Of a stretch of 64,000 bases of DNA, positions 51,195 through 64,000 are shown piece after piece. The DNA lies in NCBI RefSeq assembly GCF_006345805.1, contig NC_043004.1, positions 17,050,001 through 17,114,000 on the forward strand, in the 5' to 3' direction. Every line of letters starts with the position of its first letter. The first letter of the stretch is position 1. Made by a program: the position numbers and the translations under genes. This DNA comes from Octopus sinensis (lineage: Eukaryota). Under the pieces are notes generated by a model. It searched no databases, had not been told where the DNA came from, and saw only the letters and a program-made list of their open reading frames with translations.

Positions 51195-54100
51195 TTTTTT
51201 TTCTTCTTTCAAATTTTCTTCCATTTCTTGCCGAGTGTCTTCCCGACTCCTAGGGCAAAGAAACTCATAGTGTATATTGGTAGGCCATTAAACCAAACTC
51301 AGTAGTTCGTTCATTTTTTTTTTTTTTTTTTAAAGTTAAATTAAAATACATGAGCAGCAACAGTTCTCACATCGACAATGCTCTTCTCATTACGTGTGAT
51401 GTACCAGTTAAGACAATCTTTTGCACTTCTTGCAGGGATGGTAAGCCAGGGATCATTCTCATATAATTTTCGGTTCCCTTCTTGATCATTCCTAGTGCTC
51501 CTACGATCACTGGTATTGTAACCGCCTTGAGATGCCACATTTTCTCAATTTCAATGAGTAGGTCTTTTATTTTTCTGAGCTTGTCAAACTCTTTCGCTGA
51601 GATATTATGATCACAGGGGATGCTCATGTCGATCAATAAGCAAACTTTATTGTTTTGGTCTTTCACAACAATATCTGGCCTTGATGGTTCGGTCTGTATG
51701 TACTGGAAAGTCCCACAGAATGGTTACATTTTCTCCTTCAGTTACAGCCTCAGGGTGGTGATTATACCACTTGTCGGCAGTTTTGATATTGTAATGCCGA
51801 CTTATTAGCCAGTGGAGATATTGGCCAACTCTGTCATGTCTTAATTTATACTCCACTGGTGCTAAGACTTTACATCCAGAGATTAGGTGGTCCACTGTTT
51901 CAATCATGTCGTTGCAGAATCGGCATTTTGGGTCTGCTCCATTTTTCATCACATTGGCCTGGTAGTTCCGGGTTAATAGGCTTTGGTCTTGAGCAGCCAG
52001 GATGAAACCTTCGCTCTCTGCTTTTAGCCCTGAGCTCCGCAGTCACTGATGGGTTTGCTTCTGGTCAACATCAGCTTCTTTGCTGCGGGTCACATATTTG
52101 CCGTGCAGAGGTTTCTCCTCCCACCTATCAGCCAATTGCTCGTGCGCTTTTTTCATTGCCATCATTTTCACCTTCTTTGCAACAATAGTTGCCGTACTTC
52201 CCTCGGGTTGTTCAGTTTGGGTATCCTGCACGAGATCAATAGCAAATTTTTTGCTTTCCTTGATGATAGAATGAAGCTTCTTTCGTCTCTCGTGATTTTC
52301 CACGAGCTTTAGCATCCAGTCATTCGATATTTCGAGATATTTGGCCAGTCCAATTGTGGTTGTTTTGTAAGCTAGTTCAAATTGATCAGGCCTCGACCTC
52401 CTTGGGCTCTGGGAAGGTAAAGGCGATCTACGTCTGCCTTTGGGTGGTGCATCCTATTACAACTCAGCAGCTTGCGTATTTTTCTACCTATATTCTTTAC
52501 TTCACTCATATTCCAGTTCAACACATTGTAGCTATAAGTAACAACTGGAACTGCTAAGGAATTTATAGCTAACACCTTGTTACGTGCATTTAGTTCAGAT
52601 TTCAGGACTGCACGAGCTCTCCTATAACATTCCTTCCTGATTTTCTCTTTCATGCTTGCATGCTGAATACCAGAGCCTTCATTTATCCCTAAATATTTGT
52701 ATGTCTGTTCTTGCTCAAGCTCTCTTATGACTGTGTCAACATCTAACACTACTGAATTTGTGGTCTTCACTTTCCCTTTCTGGAAAGTGGCCTTGGCACA
52801 CTTCTCAAGTCCAAACTCCATCCCGATGTCATCGCTGAATGCTTTCACGGTGCGCAATAGGCCTTCAAGTTCATTATTGTCTTTACCATAAAGTTTTAAG
52901 TCATCCATATAAAATAGATGGCTTATTTTTTTATTGGCAATTTTATACCCATACCCTGTTCTGTTTAATTCACTTGTAAGGGGTATTAGGGCTATGCAGA
53001 ATATTAAAGGTGAAAGTGAGTCACCTTGAAAAATTCCACAGTTGATGTTTATATTTTCTGAGGCAAGTACTCCATTAGAGTGGTATAATTGGAGATTCGT
53101 ATTCCACAACGACATATTGTGCTTCAGGAAGTTTGAAATCACAGGGGAAATTTTGAAGATGTCCAGCGATCTCAAGATCCATGGATGCGGTATACTGTCG
53201 AAGGCCTTTTTATAGTCAATCCATGCGGTGCTGAGATTTCTGCGCTTTTTGTGACAGTTCTCAAGGATCATACGATTGATTAGCAGTTGATCTTTGCATC
53301 CGTAAGAGCCTCGGCGGCACCATTTTGTTCAATGGGGAAAATATCGTTCTTCTCCATGAATGCATATGTTTTCTCCGCCAGGATAGATGTTAGGATTTTA
53401 TACGTGGTGGATAGACAGGTTATAGGCCGATAGTTTTTTGGAAGGTTGGTTTCGTAATTCTTTGGGAGTAGGTAAGTAATGCCACTTGCTAACCATTCAG
53501 GTGTTTTCTTTGGGTCTCTCAAAATTCCATTGAGCAGCTGAACTAGCTTACCGTGTGCGCACGGGAGCGATGCGAGCCAGAAATTCGGCACCCTATCTTT
53601 ACCGGGGGATTTCCAATTATGGGCCTTCGTGAGTGCCTTTCTTAGGTCTGCTATTGTGATGTCTTCCCATGCTTGTTGTTGTAAATTTTGTTAGGATCCT
53701 TCAGTTTGTATAATCCAGTCTGCATTTATGTTGTACGTCTTCTTGTCACTCCAAATCCTTTCCCAAAAGTTTTGAACTTCTTCCATGGGAGGGGGGTCTT
53801 TAACAGTTACTTTCTCCTTCCCTATTTCTCTGTAGAATTTTTTGGCATTGGATGTGAACAGCTTATTTTGCTTGTAAAACTTGTTTCTCTTCTCAAATCT
53901 TCGTATTCTTTGGGCTTTTTCTTGGACTTTTTGTTTCAGCGTTTCTCGTTTTATTGATATCAGTTCTTCTCTTGGTGAGGATCCAAATTTTCTCTTCATC
54001 TTTCTTCCTTTCTGGATCTTACATCATTTCCACATATTAGTTCATTTAATATTGATATTTCCCCTCTCATAAATTCAATCTCTTTTTCAATTTTACTTCT

Positions 54101-55162
54101 CCAGGTTTGATTTCTTCCCAGGTTTTGTTTTCTTTGTTTTTGTTTTTTCGGGGGCATACAGCTGGTTTCAATTGCCCTAGCAGAAGCGTAAATAATTTCA
54201 TTTAACTCAGTAAAATCAGGTTTTAATTCTCGTATTATTTCATTTGTTACATAGTTGCCAATTTGGATTTGTTTTTTATTTTGGTTTGTATTTGAGAGTT
54301 TATGAAGCGGTTCTCTATCATTCATACTTGTATGTCTTACAACTTCAAGCGTATTCAGGATTTCTGCCTCATTTCTGCCATAGACTATCTGTGTCTTCAG
54401 CAAATGCGAGATCTTCAGTTACTGTGGTTTTTTTTCGTTTTCCTGGCTATCTTTAACAGGTACAATAGAATTTTCTTGTATCTTCAGGCCTTTGCGTACT
54501 TTGGTCAGATGGCAGTCTTTCAATTAAGCCTCGTGGCGGGCTATACTGTTCATCTGATTCTTCATTTCCTTTGTGTCTTATATTTGTCATTTTCCGTTGC
54601 GTGCTTGATCGCACTTATTTCACTGTCTGTGAGTCTGTTATTTCTAAGATATCCCTCCTCACATTTGCTAATTTGTTCTCGTCCAAATAGGGCCTACTGT
54701 CTTGATTCCGTGTTCTCCATATACTGTAAGAGTTTGCGGTGTGTCTCTCTTGAGATGGCCTACCTAATGCATAGTAATAAGCGTATATTACTTCTTTATA
54801 CTCTTCTCGGGTCCATTTGTTCCGCTTACATTTTTCTTTCTTTTGTGGTTGTGGTGGTGAACTTGGAGAGCTCGAGTTGGGGGATTTCCCGTTCAAGTGA
54901 CCATCCATGTCCGTATTCGGAGAAGAGTTTGTGCCAGTTGATGACTTTTCGATCCCAGGCTGGCTCTTCCCTGGGGGACGCGCTTCCAGATTAACCATAG
55001 GACAAGCGATTTGGTATACTGATTTAGTTTTCCTTTTAGTTTCCAAAAACATTTTGGTGCTACGATAACGTTATCATTTTTTAGCTTTGATTGGCTCGTG
55101 GGGAGACGGCCATCATTGCCGTTACAATTATAATCGTACCATTATAGCAGCCGTAGTCGGCT
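51194..55162 (-). mobile_element. Near-full-length (~4 kb) R4/Dong-clade RLE non-LTR retrotransposon
   Basis: 5' hairpin AGCCG-ACTA-CGGCT at 55162-55149, 5' UTR, single broken ORF and 3' UTR; (AAT)-type repeats on both flanks. Confidence 0.95.
51367..55052 (-). pseudogene. Disrupted single ORF: N-terminal KWTREEY domain, RT, CCHC knuckle, RLE endonuclease
   Basis: WIDYKKAFDS, GIFQGDSLSP, FYMDDLKLY, KCRFCNDMIETVDHLISGC, RHD, PDIVV..LLIDMSIP; split across eight listed ORF-track segments. Confidence 0.95.
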
Positions 55163-55513
55163 TATTATTGTTATTATCTTCACCATTACCATCACTATCA
55201 TCATTATCACCACCATTACCATCATCATTATCATCATCACCATCACCATCACCACCATCATCATCATGATATTGTTTTATGTGTAGTCACAGCAGTATCT
55301 TATTATTGTTATTTTTGTTTTTTTATCATTATCACCATCACAGTAGTGTCTGTCTGTCTCGTTGGCTGGCTTGGTGGTTGGCTGGCTGACTGTCTTCAAT
55401 GCCAGAGTTTTTGCCTGTCAAATAATACTTTCATATTTGGTTAACAATAGAGCCGAGGTGAGGTTTGTGTGTGTGTGTAGATAGATAGATAGAATATCAG
55501 CACTATTACTATC

Positions 55514-55601
<88 letters not shown>

Positions 55602-55602
<1 letters not shown>

Positions 55603-56020
55603 TGATTAAGGCTCTCAACTTATTTTGCTGGGCATGATGGAAAGTGTCAGCTGACCACAGCCAGCATATTAAGGTGACACTTGTTTACTGATCATGCTTC
55701 AAAAACCCTACGTTGGACTTTTAGAGTTCCAAGCAATGATGACTTTTGTAGATGTTCTATTTTTACATTTGTACCAAACTTTTTGAACCATGTTGGTAGT
55801 TGAGTGCTGATACTTCTGAGCACGATACAAATGGTATCATATCCACTTTCTTCATTGCCCACAACCTGCGTATTTTCCACTTCTAATCGTCATTTATATC
55901 CAGTTTTTCTTCTTTCCCTTTCATCCTGTTGTCACCGGGACATGCTATGTCGATTATCATGCAAGCTTTTTCTTTTCTTTTTTGTTCACCACAAAAATGT
56001 CAGGTTTCTTTTTGTGATTG
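55602..56020 (-). pseudogene. RLE / 3' end of a different R4-clade subfamily, ending in (AAT)n
   Basis: KPDIFVV...CMIIDIACPGDNR...KIEHLQKSSLLGT; (ATT)n at ~55524-55601. Confidence 0.85.
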
Positions 56021-56210
56021 TTGTTGTTTTTATGTAAGTTGATTATAAATATCACAGAAACATTGCATAATGTGCTTATGAAATAATATATCATATCTTT
56101 TCTGAGAAAACTAAATTCAAATATATATATGCATATGTATGTGTGTGTGAGAGAGTTTTATTGTGTGCAGAGGTTGATAGAGAGATACACACACACACAA
56201 ACACACACAA

Positions 56211-56243
<33 letters not shown>

Positions 56244-56350
56244 CATATAAATATACGTATATATGTGTTTACTTCGTTTTTGTATGTCATAATGACTCTC
56301 TAGACACAAGATGTGTATGCTTATATATGCAAGAATTTATATATATAGAG

Positions 56351-56435
<85 letters not shown>

Positions 56436-56611
56436 CGTACATACATACATGCATATATAAATATATTTATATATATATACACACACATACGTATATATTT
56501 GCATGTATATGTATATATCCGTATGTGAGCGTGTTTGTGCGTGTTTTTGTGTGTGCGTAATTGTGTGTGTGTGCGTGTGTGAGTATGTGTGTGTGCGTGC
56601 ATGTGTGTGTG

Positions 56612-56745
56612 TGAAGGCACGTGGTCTAGCGGTTAGGTAGTTGCACTCAAGATTGCAAAGTCTTTGTTTCGATTCCAAGACAGGTAGTGCGTTGTGTTTT
56701 GGAGCAAAACACTTCATTTGACATTACTCCAGTCCACTCGACTGT
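56612..56745 (+). mobile_element. Third-family SINE, 5' part
   Basis: GAAGGCACGTGGTCTAGCGGTTAGG (A box), GTTTCGATTCC (B box), GAGCAAAACACTT...CTCCAGTCCACTC. Confidence 0.75.
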
Positions 56746-58204
56746 AATTTCAAAGTTTATTGAAAATTTTCTTAATTCGGTGTATTAATCTAATTTTCTA
56801 AGCTGAATCTCAGGAGATATTTCACTTTTTCCAGGAAAATTTTTTTTAAGTTATAGAGGTTTAAAGTTTAATTATTTTCACCCACTCCGAAAACAGGATT
56901 TGGAAGTTATCATTTTGTGCGTGACAGCACGAGTTGTCAACATTCTGAAGATAGCACGTGTTTTAATATGAAACTGTAAATAAATCAACGTCTGCTTTAC
57001 ACATGACATGTAATCCCTCATAACGTTTTGCTTCTTGGAATTTTCAGAAAGTTTTCGCAAATTCGTATTCTTCACTCTGAAATTGATACGATTATGTAAT
57101 AACCAAAAAGATTTAAAGCCTATCGGGCTGTTATTTTTAGCACATCTCTCGACAAGGGTACAAGCAGTAGATGGGCACATCTTTCGTAAAATATATTTGT
57201 CAACACGTGCTATCTCAAAGACATAAGAGTTCTTATGTTTGTCTTGTTACTATGGAGACAGATATGAATGTGTTTGTGGCTTACGATTGGCTAAAATTAC
57301 CCTTTAAAAGCTAATAATTCTTTACTTATTGATTTATGGCGAAAATGAATTTCATGCATTGATTGGCATTTAAAACTACATCGTTACACCGAATATGAAA
57401 TCAAGTCGGACAGAAATTGAAGAAATTAAAAATTGGCAACCAAACAGAGAAGATCTCAAATATCCTATAGTCTGAACGATACGAATAGACAGGCAAACAG
57501 ACAGACTGATAGATAGATAAATATGCATATATACAGCTGGTATAACTACTTCTCATATATGATTACTAAATTTTGAGGGTCTAAGATACTCTTGGCTCTT
57601 GTTATATTGTGATATGATTTTATTAGTTTTATTTTCAGTGAAACAATGTAGTAACTGTTGGATATTATGATAAATCTTTGATTAAATTTATGCTGAGATA
57701 ACTCCAGAGATAAAGTCACCCAATAATTAGGCTGCTTTCCTAACGACGCTCAACGGGGTTTTTATCTATTGAATCGGTGACAAAGAAGAGTTATAGATGT
57801 TGTTTATGTATACTTGAGGTTTCCTAATTTATTTATACCTTTAAGTTTTCTTAGACTTCTCCTTCTTACTATCATGATGTCAAGGAAATTATCATCGCCT
57901 GATGGATGAATGTGAACCGTTATACGAAATACAAGAAAGGCGTAGGGTGTGGTGAATAAGCGATGTGGGGAGGGGGAAGTTGTGAAAACGTGTGACCTGT
58001 GACTTTGCGTTAGAAACTGATATAGAAATTGGTAGCGATAGAGATTAAAGCAAAATATACTCAGTATAACAAAAGATAATAGCTCAAGTAATCGTAATGA
58101 GAAGCTTGCAGAGTATGGGTTCGATGCCGAATATTTATGAAAAGATAGTGTGCAAAAGAATAAAGATCTTATTTCATGATGAGGATTTTCTCAAGGATAA
58201 TGGA

Positions 58205-58410
58205 TTGGCAAATTCGTTAGCGCGTCGGAATAATGCAGTATCTCTTCTAGATCTGCACGTTCTGAAGTTCAAATTCAACCGATGTCAACTGTGCCTTCCA
58301 TCCTTTCGGTGTCCATAAAATAAAGTTGAATGGAGTCCTGGAGTCAATGATATCGACTATACCCCTCACTTCAAAATTGTCGGCGATGTTTCTAAATTAG
58401 AAACAATTGT
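58205..58410 (+). mobile_element. Diverged Nin/Deu-like SINE (a more decayed copy follows at ~58420-58610)
   Basis: ACGTTCTGAAGTTCAAATTC...GCCTTCCATCCTTTCGG. Confidence 0.65.
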
Positions 58411-59644
58411 TATGCTAAGGTCGATGTGATGTCAGAATCGTTTAAGCGGTATTTACTCACAGCCCTTTGATTTCTACATTCAAATCCGGCAGATGTTCAC
58501 TTTTGATCTTCTTAGTGTTATTGAATTAAAGCGCCAGTCAAGAACTGTGGGCCGATATATTCGAATTACTCTCCCACCAAATTTCTGGCCTTATACCTAC
58601 GTAAGAAATTATTACATTATTATTCTCAGAATTACTTATTAGTTCGCGAATAGACTCATTTTTGTGGTTTGTGTCTAGATACGTTAGAGTTACGAGTTTC
58701 TATAAATCGCTACGAGACACATAATCTATTTTATTGTAACTTTCAAATGTTTTAAATTATTAAGGTGGAGATCTATTAATTTTTGTTTCAATCATTTCTT
58801 CTGATCAACTGTCACGAAAAACTACTAATTCGAAATCTGCTCCGACAAGTACCTCTCTTTACCGTGATAAACCATATTCTCGAGCATATGGTTGTCCTAA
58901 TGTTTGTTATTATGGGATATAAAACTATAATCGCATATGTTTTTTTCTGTATTCTGCTTTGTATGAAAACATTTTATTTTCTCAAGGAGAAGAACTTTGC
59001 TCGAAGCGGTGCTAGAATTCTGATTTCCTTGACAACATACAAGTTTATTCATATTTACGAGTTTTATCTTTCTTGATGATATAACATCAGTTTAATGGAA
59101 GATAATGGAAACGATTTTTGTTCTCTCCTTTCTATGCAATAACAAAACTCGTTATCTTCAAACCATATATCACCTGCTGGCCATATGTAGATTACATAAT
59201 TCTGTATTTCTAACACCCCAAAATTAACTTGATCTCTACACAATTTTGTGAAGATGCATTGCCTTGTCTTCGTCATTTCCATTCCCGGATCGAGCAGTGA
59301 GTTGTGTTCGTGAGCTAAAAACTTCATTTCACGTCGCTCCCGCCCAGTCAACTGTAAATTAGTAACCTTGCGATTCGGTTACTCATATGCCATGGAAGCT
59401 GGCTAGCTGATTCTATGAGGTCAAATACGTGACGACAGGAGACTTAATTTACTTTTTTACTGACGCAACTCCAAACTTGTTCACCATGTTTGTACATACT
59501 CTGTGAATAGAGAGTGCATTTGAAATAGAAATGAGTCTGATAATATTAGAACTTTAATTTATAAGTTATACAGAAGACCAAATGAGAACTGTCTGCGAAG
59601 AAGACTTGATAAAGTTTTAAAATATCACTACAGCTTTTAGATTG

Positions 59645-59785
59645 TCGACTTTGCCTTTCATCCTTTCGGGGTCGATAATTTAAGTACTAGTTACGCACTG
59701 GGGTCGATATAATCGACTTTATCCCTTTGCCTGTCCTTGTTTGTTCCCTCTATATTTAGCCCCTTGTAGGCAATAAAGGAATAAG
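59645..59785 (+). mobile_element. Nin/Deu-like SINE body (long-tail subfamily, as in the 184-bp unit)
   Basis: GTCGACTTTGCCTTTCATCCTTTCGGGGTCGAT...TTTAGCCCCTTGT. Confidence 0.9.
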
Positions 59786-60029
59786 ATTGTTTATCGTGTG
59801 ATTTCTAACACACAGAAGAGGTAAATATTTGTGCATAATAGGAACATATAAGTCGAGTCATGTGTACATGACGGTGAAATAATTTAGTATAAAAGAATTC
59901 TTTCAAATTCGTAGCTTTGAATCGTTTTGCACAATTTTGGGGTAAGTAATAGATCCTCCAACGATGTTTTAAATGAGTTCTTAGATAAATTAAGTTGATT
60001 CTGTTGTTGATTAATATGATAAGAGAATA

Positions 60030-60222
60030 AGGCCAAGCAAGTTGCTCAGTGGCATTTCATCCGCCTCAACGTTCTGAGTTTAAATTCCTCCGAGGTCGAC
60101 TTTGCCTTTCATCCTTCTGGAGTGAATAAAATAAGTACTAACTGAGCACTGGAGTCGATGGAATCGACTCACCCCATCTCACACAAAATTACTGAATTTG
60201 TGCCAAAATTTTAAATCAATAT
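60030..60222 (+). mobile_element. Nin/Deu-like SINE
   Basis: ACGTTCTGAGTTTAAATTCC...GTCGACTTTGCCTTTCATCC...GTGCCAAAATTT. Confidence 0.85.
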
Positions 60223-61098
60223 GATGATAGAATCCCAAGAGTTAAGAAAGCGGCGTATCCATTGTTGCTAATTCTTTTCTGTTAGGTAAGATTCCTATCG
60301 TTTCTCAGTTGGTACCGATGATAAAGAAAGAAGCAGGTAAAAAAAAATTCTAAATATGCTTTTTGAAAAATTTACAAATGAAAAAAATACAAACTGAAGA
60401 CAAAACTGGGAATTGTTTTTAAATATTGACGAAATAAAAAAAAAACTAAAAGAAAATAATGCGCTTAAGGCAAGAGACTTTAACGAAGAAGCAAAAAAAA
60501 TTAAATACATTGTTTGCACAGTGTATCACATTATCACAACAATAAGAAAAAATAAATAATAGAAAAATATTAAAACGAAGATATTAATCGCGAAGATCAA
60601 TACAGAAAAATTGTGTAATAAAAATTTGCCAATGAAACTATTAACATTCATTATTAGATTTTTTTAAATGAAGCTACTTAAATAATTAGGTAAATATTTG
60701 AAAATATTAGAAAATATAAAATAAAAAAGCTTGGTTGGATGCCAGCATATTGCTTTGTTTTCTAAGGAGTAAATTATTGTTGCAGTCAAAACTAATGAAT
60801 GGGGTTTTTTTTGCTGTGTATATTTGTGTAACACAATCAACAACTGACTATATTGAATACTGCTCAACTACGTAGTAAGGGATTTGAATATTTGAGCCTC
60901 TGCTAAAACTACTTTCAGTATAACGTGAATGAATTGGCGATTGTGTAGAGTCTACCACATTCCTTGAGACACTTATCTACATTGCTATAGAATCTTAGTT
61001 CAAATCACCGTTCTGGTCGATAAAATAACTATCACCAACGCACTGGAAGTAATTCAGTGACATATACATGCATATGTAATACATAAATACATACATAC

Positions 61099-61132
<34 letters not shown>

Positions 61133-61162
61133 GACTGTATATATGTATGTAAGGTAACAAGT

Positions 61163-61450
61163 GGGGGCGCAATGGCCCTGTGGTTAGGGCAGCGGAGGAT
61201 CGCGGTTTCGATTCCCAGACCGGGCGTTGTGTGTTTATTGAGCGAAAACGCATAAAGCAGCACGAGGCTCCGGCAGTGATGCGGGCCACCCCTGTTATAC
61301 TCTTTCGCCCCAACTTTCTCTCACTCTTTATTCCTGTTTCTTGTGTAACGCTGCGATGGACTGGTGTCCCGTCCAGATGGGGGGAACACATACGCCACAG
61401 AAACCGGGCCCATGAGCCTGGCTAGGCTTGAAAAGGGCGCATAAATAAAA
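61163..61450 (+). mobile_element. Fourth tRNA-derived SINE family, V-domain-like
   Basis: GGGGGCGCAATGGCCCTGTGGTTAGG head, GGTTTCGATTCC B box, CTGCGATGGACTGGTGTCCCGTCCAG central block, A-rich tail. Confidence 0.75.
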
Positions 61451-61659
61451 AGAAATAAAGTAACAAAGGAAACATTCCTTTAAAGCGGGGTGTAAAACAT
61501 CCAATTCCCTGGTACGTCGATTGAATACCCTATAAATGTAGGTATAATGCAAATTACCAACAATTGTTTGTAATTTATGTGTGTGAGACTGTGTGTATGT
61601 ATGTATGTGTGTATATATGTATGTATTATGTATGTATGTATGCATGTATGTATATAGCC

Positions 61660-62070
61660 TCACTTGTCTTTTTTCCTTCCTTCGTTACCTTCCTCCTCCT
61701 TTTAACTCATCTCCATCACTTCTCCCAGCACTTTTACCTCACCACCATGGCCAATCGTCATTCCTTCCTCCAACAACTCCACTTACTCCTCTCTCGCTTC
61801 CTTTCCGATTTCCCTCTTGCCTTCAAAAACCACTTTCTCAATCTCTCTCCACTTCCGGACACTTCAGCCATGTAACTACACACGTGCCTCACTCTGAAGC
61901 TTTCCTCTTTCCTTTTTCTGATGAAGAGCCATAATCGAAACGTCACACCCACCTCTTTTCCCTCTTAAACTGAATATCTACCTAATATATTCGTTATATA
62001 CATCCTTTTGACCATTTTGTTTTTTGCTTTATTTTCGATTTCAAACACCACACACACAACATACTATATG
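61660..62070 (+). mobile_element. Penelope-like 3' region with a hammerhead core, ending at (TA)n
   Basis: CTGATGA-A-GAGCCATAATC-GAAA-CG-TC at 61918-61944; stem I not intact; pyrimidine-rich flanks. Confidence 0.5.
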
Positions 62071-62095
62071 TGTATATAATATAATATATATATAT

Positions 62096-62130
<35 letters not shown>

Positions 62131-62141
62131 ATATATATCTA

Positions 62142-62228
<87 letters not shown>

Positions 62229-62248
62229 AATATGTGCTTGTGTGTGTG

Positions 62249-62537
62249 TGAGAGCGCGTGGCTTAGTGGTTAGGGCATTGGGCTCACGATCATAAGGTAG
62301 TGGCTTCAATCCTGGCGACGCATTTTGTCCTTGAGCAAGACACTTTATTTCATAAGTTTTACCGCTATTTCAGAGCCGGCCTTGTCACACTGTGTCACGC
62401 TGAATCTCCTCCATCAGAACTACGTTAGGGTGCACGTGTCTGTGGATTGCTCAGTCACTTGCACGTTAATTTCATGAGCAAGCTTTCCGTTGATCGTATC
62501 ACTGGGATCCTCATCGTTGTAACCGACGGAGTGCTCC
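62249..62537 (+). mobile_element. Third-family SINE, near full length
   Basis: GCGTGGCTTAGTGGTTAGG, GTCCTTGAGCAAGACACTTTATTTCA, CGTTGATCG...ACCGACGGAGTGC. Confidence 0.85.
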
Positions 62538-62538
62538 G

Positions 62539-62602
<64 letters not shown>

Positions 62603-62643
62603 CAAGCAGCGCCTCTTCAACCACAGATCCTCTTTCGGGATCC

Positions 62644-62724
62644 CGTGCTGGTGTGTTTACGTCCCCGTAACTTAGAGGTTTGGCAAAAGTAACTGATAGA
62701 ACAAGTACTAGGCTTACAAAGAAT
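62644..62724 (+). mobile_element. CORE-type SINE internal fragment
   Basis: GCTGGTGTGTTTACGTCCCCGTAACTTAG...AAGTACTAGGCTTACAAAGAAT. Confidence 0.85.
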
Positions 62725-62994
62725 ATATATAATGAAAATAAAACAAGGTAGAAAATGCTAAAATAATTTTATCATGAAGAACACTTTAGTACCGGTTTTT
62801 GCTGACTTTTTCAATTTAGATTAAAGTATGAAAAACATTGAAATGTTTTTTAAAAAATATATATTTCCATAGTTTTCAAAAACAAGCGAAATCTTCTTTA
62901 CTTTTTCTGCTTGTCTCAGTCTCTCTTTTTGACTCTTGCAGGTTCTAGGTAGTTAGCAGCATCCAGTTTGATATGAATTCTTGTCTTGGATTGC

Positions 62995-63083
62995 TTAAGT
63001 AGCAGCAGTAGTAGAAATAAGAGGCGGCGAAGAAGAAGAAGATATAGAAGAAGAAGAAGAAGAAGAAGAAGAAGAAGAAGAAG

Positions 63084-63121
<38 letters not shown>

Positions 63122-63338
63122 CGACAAGAACAAGAACAAGAACAAGAACAAGAAGAAAAAGAAGAACAAGAAGAACAAGAAGAACAAGAAGAATAAGGAG
63201 AACACGAAGAACAAGAAGAAAAAGAAGAACAAGAACAAGAAGGAGAAGAAGAAGAAGAAGAAGAAGAAGAAGAAGAAGAAGGAGAAGAAGAAGAAGAAGA
63301 AGAAGAAGAAGAAGAAGAAGAAGAAGAAGAAGAAGAAT
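62995..63338. repeat. Compound (GAA)n/(CAA)n/(AGAACA)n repeat
   Basis: Directly visible; source of the poly-R/S/L ORFs. Confidence 0.95.
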
Positions 63339-63544
63339 GCGGGAGTCGTATGACACTAGCAGGATGTTGATGGAATCCTCTTAAATGGTCAAGTGCCCTA
63401 AAAGTGACTCGTTGTGAATAATAGTAGAGATTGAAATAATTCTGAATAAATTCCTGAGGTGACTGTTTTGAATATATCGTGTCATTTGTTGTGGATGTAT
63501 TCAAAAGAGTTTCGGATTTTGTGATAAAGTATGACCCTTTACTA

Positions 63545-64000
<456 letters not shown>

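Noticed and set aside
54302-54994. 230-aa + strand ORF overlapping the LINE
   Set aside because: It is the antisense shadow of the LINE ORF; hydrophobic bias is expected from an A-rich coding strand.
55053-55162. HDV-like ribozyme in the R4 element 5' UTR
   Set aside because: A CGT-CTCCCC-ACG P3/L3-like piece exists, but I could not build a 7-bp P1, P1.1 GG or P4/J4-2.
56949-57215. 14-bp perfect inverted repeat AGATAGCACGTGTT about 250 bp apart, with HINE-like sequence downstream
   Set aside because: No TSD or extendable TIR; element boundaries cannot be supported.

Overview
AT-rich, microsatellite-dense eukaryotic DNA, most likely from an Octopus-type cephalopod (inferred from the tRNA-derived SINE families and the density of (TA)n, (GATA)n, (TACA)n and (AAT)n). 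There is no recognisable intact host gene, and nearly all listed ORFs are microsatellite read-throughs. The main content is: (1) at the window start, an inverted-plus-tandem array of a ~530-bp unit, each full unit carrying a canonical type I hammerhead ribozyme, as expected for a Penelope-like pLTR or non-LTR retrozyme; one homologue and several hammerhead-like variants lie elsewhere, each just upstream of a (TA)n tract; (2) three head-to-tail clusters of R4/Dong-clade RLE non-LTR retrotransposons in (AAT)n or (GAA)n, including one ~4-kb near-full-length copy; (3) about 25 SINE copies from four families, two TA-flanked Tc1/mariner MITEs, a mariner-type transposase remnant and L1/Tx1 remnants; (4) several low-confidence exon-like segments on the + strand. 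Coordinates were counted by eye and may be off by a few bases. Family names come from motif recognition, not database searches.
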